Source: Candidatus Acidiferrales bacterium
GTDB taxonomy: Bacteria > Chloroflexota > Limnocylindria > P2-11E
Direction of reading: 5' to 3'
DNA: 63,438 bases
Assembly (NCBI GenBank): GCA_035631715.1
Contig: DASQIF010000007.1
Location: forward strand, 1 to 63,438
Position 1 is the first letter of the stretch; every line of letters begins with the position of its first letter. Positions 44,263-52,654 of this stretch are shown in pieces. The translations under genes and the position numbers were made by a program. The notes beneath the pieces are model-generated. The model saw only the letters and a program-made list of their open reading frames with translations, was not told the DNA's origin and did no database searches.

Positions 44263-44862
44263 GTGCTGAACGACTGGGTCACGCTCTTCCTCGCGCTCCT
44301 CCTCGTGCCCGTGTTGTTGCTCGAAGAGACGAGCACCGACCCCGTGGTCATCGGGTTCGCCGCCGCGCTGAACGCGCTCATCTGGTTCCTCTTCGTCGTG
44401 GACTTCGCCGTCGACATGCGGCGCTCGAACGATCGCGAGGCGTACCTCGCGTCGCACTGGTTCGACCTCGCGCTCATCGTCGTGTCGCCGCCGCTCTTCG
44501 TGCCACCCGAGCTGCAGGCGCTGCGCGTGCTCCGCATCCTGCGGATCGCGCGCGCGTTCACCATCGTCGGGATCATCGCGGAGCGGGTAGACCGGCCGCT
44601 CTCGCGGAACGACGCGCTCGCGATCCTCGCGCTGCTCGGGGCGGTCGTGCTCGCCGGCGGGGTGCTCATCGCCGCGGCCGAGCCGGCGTCCATCCATACC
44701 GTGATCCAGGGCTACGCCTGGACGGTCGCCACCATCGTCACCGCCGGCCACACCGAGCCAGTGCCGTCGACCGCGGTCGGGCGCGCGATCTCCTCGACGG
44801 TCATCGTGATGGGAGTGGGTTCGTTCGCGGCGCTCGCGACGAGCCTCGCGACGCGTCGCTAG
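44263..44862 (+). CDS. compact 6TM voltage-sensor-type ion channel with non-canonical pore signature
   Basis: 199-aa ORF with a GTG start. It has an S3-like WFDLALIV and an S4 LRVLRILRIARAF. The pore region WTVATIVTAGHTEPVP aligns to the K+ channel W..TTVGYGD..P. S6 runs to the C-terminus. Confidence 0.75.
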   Translation: MLNDWVTLFLALLLVPVLLLEETSTDPVVIGFAAALNALIWFLFVVDFAVDMRRSNDREAYLASHWFDLALIVVSPPLFVPPELQALRVLRILRIARAFTIVGIIAERVDRPLSRNDALAILALLGAVVLAGGVLIAAAEPASIHTVIQGYAWTVATIVTAGHTEPVPSTAVGRAISSTVIVMGVGSFAALATSLATRR

Positions 44863-46850
44863 GGGTGCGCGTCGAACCAGTCGGCGATGCGCCTCGCGTG
44901 CTCGACGCGGTTGCGCGGCTTTCCGCCGCGCGTGAGGTCGTGGTTGTCCTCGGGGAAACGCACGAACTGCGTCTCGACGCCGTGCAGCCGCAGCGCGGTG
45001 AAGAACTGCTCGGCCTGCTCGATGGGGCAACGGAGGTCGCGCTCGGCATGAAGGATGAGCAGCGGCGTCTTCACCTTCGGCGCGTACGTGAGCGGTGAGC
45101 GCTCCACGAGTCTGGCCGGGTCCTTCCACGGCGAGGCGTCGCCCATCTCGTACTCCCAGAAGTGCCAGCCGATGTCCGAGACGCCGAACGCCGACACGTT
45201 GTTGCTGATGCTCCGCTGCGTGGCCGCGGCGCGGAACCGATCGGTGTGCCCGACGATCCAGTTCGTCATGAAGCCGCCGTACGACCCGCCGGTCACGTAG
45301 AGGCGCTTCGGGTCGACCCATCCCCACCCCAGCGCGAGGTCGACGCCGGCCATCAGGTCCTCGTAGTCCTTCCCACCCCAGTCGCCGACGCACGCCGTCG
45401 AGAACTTCTCGCCGTACGCATGGCTCCCGCGCGGGTTCGTGTAGAGCACCGCGTAGCCGCGGCCCGCGAGCACCTGGAACTCGTGGAAGAAACCGTGGCC
45501 GTACGCGCCGTGCGGACCGCCGTGCACCTCGAGGACGAGCGGCCACTTCTTCGCGGCGTCGAAGTTGCGCGGCTTGAGCAGCCAACCCTCGATCTTCCAG
45601 CCGTCGGCGCCGGTGAACTCGACGCGCTCCGGCGTGACGATGCAGCGCCCCGAGAGCAGCTCGCCGTTGACGTCGGTGATCGGCTTCAGCGATTTGCGCA
45701 GCTCGCCGGTCGCGACGTCGCCGGGGCGCGTCGCCGTGCCGTACACGCAGGCGAAGCGTGTCGCGTCGGATGCGAGCGACAGCGACACGACCTGCTGCGG
45801 TCCCATCGTCTCGGCTTTGAGGTCGCCGCCTGCGACGGCGACGCTGTACACGTTCGCGGTGCCCTGATCCGAGCCGACGAAGATGATCCGCGAGCGGTCG
45901 GTGTTCCAGGTCGGCGGCAGCGTCTGCGATTGCGAGCGCATGTCGCTCATCACCGTCGAGCCGACGGTGCGGTCCCAGTCACCGGTGAGGTCGCAGCCCT
46001 TCGCGTCGCCGCGCGCCGCGAACAGGAACACACGCACGTTCTGCGCCGCCGAACCGACGGCCTTCGCGACGCCGTAGCACGCGATGCTCTTGCCGTCGGG
46101 CGAGAAGCGCGGGTTGCCGTACGAGCCCGCGCCGTTGGTGACGCGGCGCACGCCACCATTCAGCGCGGCGACGTGGATGTCGGCGACGGTGTTTCGCTCG
46201 CGGTCGTCGGTGCGATTCGACACGAACGCGATCTCGTTCCCGTCCGGCGACCATGACGGCTGCGCGTCGTCCCAGTCGCCGTCGGTGATCCGGCGCGGCG
46301 CGCCGCCGCTCGTCTCCGCGATCCACACGTGCTTCCGGCGACCGTCCAGGAGGAACCCCTCGTCGGTCTTGTAGCGGATGCGGTCCCACACGCGGATGCC
46401 GCCGTCATCAGCCGCGTCCTTCGGCTTGGCGTCCTTCACCGTGAACGCGAGCCGCTTGCCGTCGGGCGACCACGTCAGCTCACCGCAGTCGTCCTCGAAG
46501 GTCGTGAGCTGCCGCGCCTCGCCGCCGCCCTCGAGCGCGAGCAGGAAGATGTTCTTCGGCTTGCGCTTCTTGCCGTCGTCGCTCGCGCCGCGGTCCGACG
46601 CGAACGCGAGGGTCTTTCCGTCGGGCGACCAGCGTGGCTGTGCGTCCTGCCCGGGTCCGTACGTCAGTCGCGTGGCCGGTCCACCGGCGAACGGCACGAG
46701 CCAGATGGCCGAGCGGTATGCGTCTTTCTCGCGGTCGATCTCACGCACCACGTACGCGACGCGGCTCCCGTCCGGCGAGATCTGCGCGTCGGTGACGAAG
46801 CGAAAGGCGTAGAGATCCTCCGCGGTCATCGGAGGCGGGCATTCGGACAA
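44859..46850 (-). CDS. S9-family serine peptidase with TolB-like beta-propeller
   Basis: 663-aa ORF. It has repeated SPDG propeller motifs (ISPDGSRVAY, WSPDGKTLAF, WSPDGKRLAF, WSPDGNEIAF, FSPDGKSIA). The catalytic residues are in GGSYGGFMT, AERDLRCP and EDNHDL. Confidence 0.85.
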   Translation of the reverse strand: MSECPPPMTAEDLYAFRFVTDAQISPDGSRVAYVVREIDREKDAYRSAIWLVPFAGGPATRLTYGPGQDAQPRWSPDGKTLAFASDRGASDDGKKRKPKNIFLLALEGGGEARQLTTFEDDCGELTWSPDGKRLAFTVKDAKPKDAADDGGIRVWDRIRYKTDEGFLLDGRRKHVWIAETSGGAPRRITDGDWDDAQPSWSPDGNEIAFVSNRTDDRERNTVADIHVAALNGGVRRVTNGAGSYGNPRFSPDGKSIACYGVAKAVGSAAQNVRVFLFAARGDAKGCDLTGDWDRTVGSTVMSDMRSQSQTLPPTWNTDRSRIIFVGSDQGTANVYSVAVAGGDLKAETMGPQQVVSLSLASDATRFACVYGTATRPGDVATGELRKSLKPITDVNGELLSGRCIVTPERVEFTGADGWKIEGWLLKPRNFDAAKKWPLVLEVHGGPHGAYGHGFFHEFQVLAGRGYAVLYTNPRGSHAYGEKFSTACVGDWGGKDYEDLMAGVDLALGWGWVDPKRLYVTGGSYGGFMTNWIVGHTDRFRAAATQRSISNNVSAFGVSDIGWHFWEYEMGDASPWKDPARLVERSPLTYAPKVKTPLLILHAERDLRCPIEQAEQFFTALRLHGVETQFVRFPEDNHDLTRGGKPRNRVEHARRIADWFDAHP

Positions 46851-46871
46851 GACGGTCGTATCGTGCCATAT

Positions 46872-48413
46872 ATGGATCGTTTCGACGCGCGGGCCCGAAC
46901 AGGTCTGCTCGTCGGGGCACTCGCGATGTTCCTCGCGCTCGATGTGGCCTTCCTCGTCTCGCTCATCGGCCTGCCGTTCACGCCGTTCGCGCTCGGGCAG
47001 GCGTTCATCGACGTGCTCCCGGGCGCGATCTCGATCCCGCTCATCGAGACGCTGCAGTACTGGGCGAAGGGTCTGCTCATCGTCGGTGTCATCGCGCTGT
47101 TCTTCGTCAGTGGCGCGTACACGGGAGCGCTCGCGGCCGAGCCGCGCCGGCGCGATCGCGCCGTCGTCATCGCCACGGCCGCGCCGTGGGTGGTCGCGGT
47201 GGTCCTCGCGCAGCTCTTCGCACCGCTGCGCATCGATCTCGCCACGAGCCTCATCGACGCGGCCGCGGGGTTCATCGTGCAGTCGCTCGGCCTTGCGTAT
47301 CTGGTGCCCGCATCGCAGTCGCGCGGGCGCGTGGTCTCGCCATCGCGGCGGCGGGTGCTCCTCTCGGGCGCCGTCGTGGCGACGGTCGCGGCGATCGGCG
47401 CGTTACCACTGTCGCGCGTCCTCGCGAGCGTCGGGCCCTCGCTCGGGAACGTGCCGGCGACCGCGCGAAGGCTCGTGACGCGCGTGACGATCCCGCCCGC
47501 CGACCCGGCCATCGACGCGCTCGGCGGAGCGACGCCGCGCATCACCGCGAACGAGGACCACTACACCGTGGACACGACGCTGGTGAAGCCGCGCGTCGAC
47601 GTGTCCGACTGGGCGCTCGAGATCACCGGCAACGTCGAGAAGCCGTTCAAGCTCACGTACGACCAGCTCCTCGACCTCGACGCCGTCGAGCAGGTGCGCA
47701 CGCTCGAGTGCATCAGCAACCCGGTCGGCGGCGAGCTCATGTCGACCGCGGTCTGGACGGGCGTGCGGCTCAAGGACCTGCTCGACCGGGCGGTCGTGAA
47801 GCCTGGCTCGTTCAAGGTCGTGCTCACGTCGGTCGACGGCTACCAGGACTCGTTCCCCGTCGCGAAGGCGATGGAGCCCGACACGCTCGTCGCCTACCTC
47901 ATGAACGGCAAGACCGTGCCGCAGGAGCACGGCTTCCCCGCGCGCGTCCTCGTCCCGAACATCTACGGCATGAAGAACGTGAAGTGGATCCAGCAGATCA
48001 AGCTCGAAACGTTCGACTTCAAGGGCTACTGGCAGGCACAGGGGTGGAACGACGTCGCGACCGTGAACACGAACACGCGGATCGACATCCCGAACGGTCA
48101 CACCATCCGCTGGAACGGCGGCGAGACGATTCTCGCCGGCGTCGCGTTCGCCGGCGCGCGCGGGATCAAGACGGTCGAGCTCTCGTTCGACGACGGCAAG
48201 ACCTGGAACGCCGCGACGCTCGAGGCGGCCGCCGGTCCGATCACCTGGGTCCGCTGGATCTACCGCTGGACGCCGCCCTCGCCCGGCACGCGCAACATCT
48301 GGGGGCGTGCGACCGACGGCACCGGTCAGGTCCAAACGGCGACGCAGCGCGAGCCCTACCCCGACGGCTCGACGGGCTATCACGTCCTCCCGGTGAACGT
48401 CGTCAAGGTCTAG
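46872..48413 (+). CDS. membrane-anchored molybdopterin-dependent oxidoreductase (sulfite-oxidase family)
   Basis: ORF 46329.. trimmed to the ATG at 46872. It has ~5-6 N-terminal TM helices. The Moco domain follows (HYTVDT..., LECISNPVGGELMSTAVWTGV, HGFPARVLVPNIYGMKNVKWI), then an Ig-like dimerisation domain. Confidence 0.8.
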   Translation: MDRFDARARTGLLVGALAMFLALDVAFLVSLIGLPFTPFALGQAFIDVLPGAISIPLIETLQYWAKGLLIVGVIALFFVSGAYTGALAAEPRRRDRAVVIATAAPWVVAVVLAQLFAPLRIDLATSLIDAAAGFIVQSLGLAYLVPASQSRGRVVSPSRRRVLLSGAVVATVAAIGALPLSRVLASVGPSLGNVPATARRLVTRVTIPPADPAIDALGGATPRITANEDHYTVDTTLVKPRVDVSDWALEITGNVEKPFKLTYDQLLDLDAVEQVRTLECISNPVGGELMSTAVWTGVRLKDLLDRAVVKPGSFKVVLTSVDGYQDSFPVAKAMEPDTLVAYLMNGKTVPQEHGFPARVLVPNIYGMKNVKWIQQIKLETFDFKGYWQAQGWNDVATVNTNTRIDIPNGHTIRWNGGETILAGVAFAGARGIKTVELSFDDGKTWNAATLEAAAGPITWVRWIYRWTPPSPGTRNIWGRATDGTGQVQTATQREPYPDGSTGYHVLPVNVVKV

Positions 48414-48423
48414 CTGTCGGGTC

Positions 48424-48444
48424 GCGCCGTACGAGTTACGGCGC
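48424..48444 (+). terminator. GC-rich stem-loop downstream of the Mo-oxidoreductase
   Basis: GCGCCGTA-cgagt-TACGGCGC, a perfect 8-bp stem 11 nt after the stop. There is no T-tract. Confidence 0.35.
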
Positions 48445-48489
48445 CTGGAGTCGGACGCGCACAGCACGCTGTCGTTCGAGACTCTCAAC

Positions 48490-49620
48490 ATGCGAGCGCT
48501 GGCGTTGTGTCTGGCTTCGGCGATCGCCGTCGCTTGCGGATCGTCCGCCGCGGCACCCGGCGCTCGAGCCATCGCATCGTCGAGCACCGTGGTCCCGACA
48601 CCAACGCCCACGGGCGCACCGTCGGCATCGCAGGTCGCGACGCCAACGCTCAACCCGAGCTTCGTCGTCTCGCCCACGCCCGGCGCGCGGATCGCACGAT
48701 CCGATGCAGCCCTGCAAACGTCCGCCGCACTCGTGTTGTTCGAGTTCCCCGGCGACGATCGGCTGCGCGGCGTGGCATGGGATGCGTCGGCAAGCGGCGT
48801 TCTCGGCCCGCGCGTCGCATTCCCGTGGTTCCCGTCCCCCGACGGCATGCGGTACGCCGCCGGTGGAAAGGTGTACGACCGCGACGGGCGCGAGATCGCG
48901 TCGCTGCCATGGCAGGACGCATCGTTCACGTGGTCTAGCGACGGGCAGCTGCTCTGCAAAGCCCTGCCCGAGGTCGTTCGCACCGGCTCGCAGATGCGTG
49001 TCGAGACCCTGGTGCCGGGTCAAGCGCCACGGACGATCGCCAGCGGGTTCGCGACATACAGCGACAACGCGGGGTACCCCGTCATCGCGTGCGACCCGAG
49101 GAGCGACCGAGTCGTCGTAGTCGCTGCCGGACAAGGCCTCTTCGCCGGCCACATGTGGACCTTCGAACTCTCGTCTGGTCGCCTCGTCCGATCCGCCACG
49201 CTCGGGCAGGGCGCGATCGGCTCGTGGCTCGTCGCGACATCAGACGGCGCGATGCTCGCCCACACAGTGCAGGCGACGATGGACGGGACCGCCACGACGG
49301 TCGTGCAACGGACGGATGACGGCACCGCGCTCGCGACGTTGTCCGATTTCCAAGCGCGCGGGTTCTCCGGTGACGGGTCGATGCTGTACGGCTGGGCGTC
49401 AGGCAACCGCGTTGAGATACGCGAGTGGAAGACCGGACGGCTGGTATGGAGCTCCACGGGCTATCCCCCGCCGTATGCCGTGTCCGTCGCCGCGCCCGGC
49501 GGAGCGCGCTTCGCCATCGCGTTCGGTCGCGACAACACGCTGAAGGACACGGATCTCTACCTCGTCTCCAGCGACGGCACCTCCCGCGTGCTCGAGCACG
49601 TCACCGTCATCTTTCCCTAG
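48490..49620 (+). CDS. hypothetical lipoprotein (beta-propeller-like)
   Basis: 376-aa ORF with the signal/lipobox LASAIAVACGS and a Thr/Pro/Ser linker. It then has repeated strand-rich segments (SPDGMRYAAGG, SSDGQLLC, TSDGAMLAH, SGDGSMLYG, SSDGTSRV). Confidence 0.6.
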   Translation: MRALALCLASAIAVACGSSAAAPGARAIASSSTVVPTPTPTGAPSASQVATPTLNPSFVVSPTPGARIARSDAALQTSAALVLFEFPGDDRLRGVAWDASASGVLGPRVAFPWFPSPDGMRYAAGGKVYDRDGREIASLPWQDASFTWSSDGQLLCKALPEVVRTGSQMRVETLVPGQAPRTIASGFATYSDNAGYPVIACDPRSDRVVVVAAGQGLFAGHMWTFELSSGRLVRSATLGQGAIGSWLVATSDGAMLAHTVQATMDGTATTVVQRTDDGTALATLSDFQARGFSGDGSMLYGWASGNRVEIREWKTGRLVWSSTGYPPPYAVSVAAPGGARFAIAFGRDNTLKDTDLYLVSSDGTSRVLEHVTVIFP

Positions 49621-49734
49621 CGGCGCGATAGCACGCGCCTCGCTAGGCTGTGCGTCATCAAATGAAACGAGCGACGAGCAATTCACTTGCGAGGAGCGAG
49701 TCCTGCTCTCGAGTGACAACGAGAGTCTGAGCAA

Positions 49735-50115
49735 GTGGCGAAGAGACGTTTCAGCATCAGCGCGACGCTCCCGGCATACGCTCCGCCGCGCAATGAATGG
49801 CGGCGTCGCGTCCACGCCGCGGTCCTCGAGGCGCAGACCTTCCGCGGCGTCGGCTATCGCGAGAGCGACCGCCTCGAGATGCGCGTCACGCTCTACCTCG
49901 GCGCGCGGGCGCTCGACGTGCACGAGACCGACGAGCGGGTGAAGGACATCGTCGACGCGCTCGAGGGCCGGATCGCCGGGCGCCGCAGCCGGCGGCGGAT
50001 CGCGCCGATCGTTCAGGGCGGCCAGATCCTCCGCATCATCCTGGAGAAGGACGGACGCGTCCCGCGCGGGCGGCCGCTCGGCCTTCTTTCCATCGCGCGC
50101 TACCGCCGCCGATGA
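49735..50115 (+). CDS. hypothetical protein, possibly RusA-like fold
   Basis: 126-aa ORF with a GTG start and high GC3. It has an ATGA overlap with the GH3 gene. By eye, SATLPAYAPPRNEW...LEMRVTLYL...DVHETDERVKDIVDAL... parallels E. coli RusA ITLPWPPSNN...VKIRIECHM...DLDNLQKAAFDAL. The functional call is weak. Confidence 0.4.
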   Translation: MAKRRFSISATLPAYAPPRNEWRRRVHAAVLEAQTFRGVGYRESDRLEMRVTLYLGARALDVHETDERVKDIVDALEGRIAGRRSRRRIAPIVQGGQILRIILEKDGRVPRGRPLGLLSIARYRRR

Positions 50116-51605
50116 AGGAGGCCACGCGCACGAGGCTCGGGACCGGCGCGCTCGTGTGGGCAGGCTTCGATGGAGAGCACGCGCCGGGCGAGATCCTCGA
50201 CGGCGTCCGCGACGGTCGCATCGGCGGGATCCTCCTGTTCGCGATCCGCGGCAACGTTCGATCGAAGTCGCAGGTGCGCGCGATGCTCGGCGAGATCCAG
50301 ACCGCGGCGCGCCGCGGCGGTCTGCCGCCGGTCCCGGTGGCCGTCGACCAGGAGGGCGGGCAGGTGGTCCGCGTCGCGTATCGCGCGGTGTTCCCGAGCG
50401 CGATGGCGCTCGGCGCGCCCGGCGACCCGGGCCTGGTGGAGCGGGCGGCGCGCGCGGTCGCGGAGGGCCTGCGTGCAGACGGCATCACCGTGAACCACGC
50501 GCCGGTCTGCGATGTGAACGTCGAGCCGCGCAACCCGGTCATCGGCACGCGCTCGTTCGGCGATGACACAGCTCGCGTCGCGGAGCTCGCGGCCGCGTGG
50601 GTGCGCGGCTCCGAGGGCGCGGGCGTCGCGACGTCGCCGAAGCACTTCCCGGGTCACGGCGACACGAGCACCGACTCGCATCTGCACACGGTCGAGGTCA
50701 CCTCGGACCGCGCCACGATCCAGCGGCGCGACCTGCCGCCGTTCCGCGCCGCGTTCGCGGCCGGCGCGACGACGGTCATGACCGCGCACGTGCGCTACCC
50801 CGCATACGACCGGGACGCGCCGGCGACGATCTCCCGTCCGATCCTCACCGACCTGCTGCGCGGCGAGCTCGGCTTCCGCGGTCTGTGCATCACGGACTCG
50901 CTCGACATGAGCGGCATCCACGTCGACTCGCCCGACCGCGTCGTGGGCCGCGCGGTCGACGCGGGCGTCGACGCGGTCATGGTGACGAGCCATGTCGACC
51001 GCCAGCTCTCGGCCGCCGGCTGGATCGAGAGCGCGGCATCGCGACTGCGGATCGACGAGGCCATGGTGCGAGCGACGGAGTTCCGCGCTCGTTTCGGCAT
51101 CGACGTCCCGGAGGACGACATCGACGACGCGCCGGCGCGCGCGCTCGCGGCGGAGGTCGCGGCGCGTTCGATCACACACGTCGGCCCGCCGCTGCCGACG
51201 CTCGACGGCCAGGTGCGGTTCGTCGCCTTCGAACCGTCGCGCCGCTCGCCGGCCGAGGAGCTGTCGGATCCGGTCGGCACGCTCGAGCGGGCGCTCCGGC
51301 GCCGCTTCGGCGACCGCATGACCTTCGCGCGTCAGGGGCAGGTGCCGGGACGCGACGGCCGCACGGTCGTCTTCTCCTTCAACGCGTTCTTCGACTCCGA
51401 GCAGGCCCGCGCGCTCGGTGGGCTGCTGGGAGATGACGGGGTGCTCGTCGCGCTGCGCAGCCCGTATGACGCGACGCTCGCGCCGCGCCACGCCGCACTC
51501 CTTTCTTATGGCGACGTGCCGGCGTCGCTCGAGGCGGTGGCCGCCGTGCTCGCCGGCGAGCGAGCCGCGACCGGGCGCGCACCCGTCCGCCTCGCGACCG
51601 CGTGA
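50112..51605 (+). CDS. nagZ: glycoside hydrolase family 3 beta-N-acetylhexosaminidase (NagZ-like)
   Basis: ORF 49797.. trimmed to the ATG at 50112. It contains VAVDQEGGQV, the RSFG region and KHFPGHGDTSTDSH. Confidence 0.8.
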   Translation: MKEATRTRLGTGALVWAGFDGEHAPGEILDGVRDGRIGGILLFAIRGNVRSKSQVRAMLGEIQTAARRGGLPPVPVAVDQEGGQVVRVAYRAVFPSAMALGAPGDPGLVERAARAVAEGLRADGITVNHAPVCDVNVEPRNPVIGTRSFGDDTARVAELAAAWVRGSEGAGVATSPKHFPGHGDTSTDSHLHTVEVTSDRATIQRRDLPPFRAAFAAGATTVMTAHVRYPAYDRDAPATISRPILTDLLRGELGFRGLCITDSLDMSGIHVDSPDRVVGRAVDAGVDAVMVTSHVDRQLSAAGWIESAASRLRIDEAMVRATEFRARFGIDVPEDDIDDAPARALAAEVAARSITHVGPPLPTLDGQVRFVAFEPSRRSPAEELSDPVGTLERALRRRFGDRMTFARQGQVPGRDGRTVVFSFNAFFDSEQARALGGLLGDDGVLVALRSPYDATLAPRHAALLSYGDVPASLEAVAAVLAGERAATGRAPVRLATA

Positions 51606-52654
51606 GCCTCGCCGCACCCGCGCGCTCGGTCGCCGAGGCCGCCATCGGCTCCCTCTACACCGCGTGCGTCGTGCGGGTGGAGCGCCGGGGCGAGAGCGAC
51701 ACCTTCGCGCTGGGGACGCTCTGCCCCGATCCGGAGGCGGGCCCCGACGCGCCGTGCACGGCCGACTCGTTGTTCGACCTCGCATCGCTTACGAAGCTCG
51801 CGACGACCGCGCTCGTGCTCTCGTTCGTGCGCGAGCGCGTGCTCGAGCTCTCGACGCCGTTCCGCCAGCTCGTCCCGGACTTCCGCGGCGGGCGCAAGGA
51901 TGACGTGACGCTGCGACACGTCCTGCTGCACACGGCGGGTCTCACGTGGTGGCTGCCGCTCTGGAAGGAAGTGCATTCGCTCGAAGAGGCGGTGTGGCGC
52001 GCGGCGCAGGAGCCGCTCGCGCAGGACCTCGGCGAGTTCAAGTACAGCGATCTCGGCTACCTCATGCTCACGCAGGCCCTCGCGGAGATCGGCGGCGCGG
52101 CGTTCGCGTCGCTGGTGCGCGAGCGCGTGCTCGGCCCGGTCGAGGCGCTGACGGCCGAGTTCGGCCCGCGCCCGCGCGAGCAATGCGCGGCGACCGAGCG
52201 TGACGGGACCTGGCGCAAGCAGCGGCTCCGTGGTGAGGTCCACGACGAGAACGCGTACGCCGTCGGAGGCGTCGCCGGGCACGCCGGCCTCTTCGGCACC
52301 GCGGCCGACGTCGCGCGGATCGCGCGCGTGTTCCGCGACGGCGCGGTCATCGGGAACGGCCTCGCGGAGGAGTCGCGCCGCGAGCAAGCGGAGGGCGACA
52401 ACGTCCGCCGCGGGCTCGGCCTCGCGCTGCGCGCGCCGCACGACGCGATGGTCGGCCGCTATTTCAGCCAGGACGCGTACGGGCACACCGGCTTCACCGG
52501 CACGTCGCTGTGGATCGACCCGGCATCCGATCTCACCGTCGTCCTTCTGACGAACCGCGTGTACTTCGGCCGCCAGAATGACGACGCGATGTATCGCTTC
52601 CGCATCGCCGTGCACGAGGCTGTGTCGAAGCCATTCGCCACGGTGACCCCATGA
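51602..52654 (+). CDS. serine hydrolase of the beta-lactamase (class C/esterase/DD-peptidase) family
   Basis: 350-aa ORF with a GTGA overlap. It has SxxK in FDLASLTKLAT, YSD (YxN-like) in KYSDLGY, and a later HTGFTGT. Confidence 0.8.
   Translation: MSLAAPARSVAEAAIGSLYTACVVRVERRGESDTFALGTLCPDPEAGPDAPCTADSLFDLASLTKLATTALVLSFVRERVLELSTPFRQLVPDFRGGRKDDVTLRHVLLHTAGLTWWLPLWKEVHSLEEAVWRAAQEPLAQDLGEFKYSDLGYLMLTQALAEIGGAAFASLVRERVLGPVEALTAEFGPRPREQCAATERDGTWRKQRLRGEVHDENAYAVGGVAGHAGLFGTAADVARIARVFRDGAVIGNGLAEESRREQAEGDNVRRGLGLALRAPHDAMVGRYFSQDAYGHTGFTGTSLWIDPASDLTVVLLTNRVYFGRQNDDAMYRFRIAVHEAVSKPFATVTP

Noticed and set aside
43810-45585. Upstream ~590 codons of the 647-aa minus-strand ORF 43642..45585
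   Set aside because: It is antisense or out of frame to the 140-aa protein, the channel and the S9 peptidase. The translation is Arg-rich junk. Only the last 55 codons (43642..43809) lie in otherwise unassigned DNA and show coding-like GC3.
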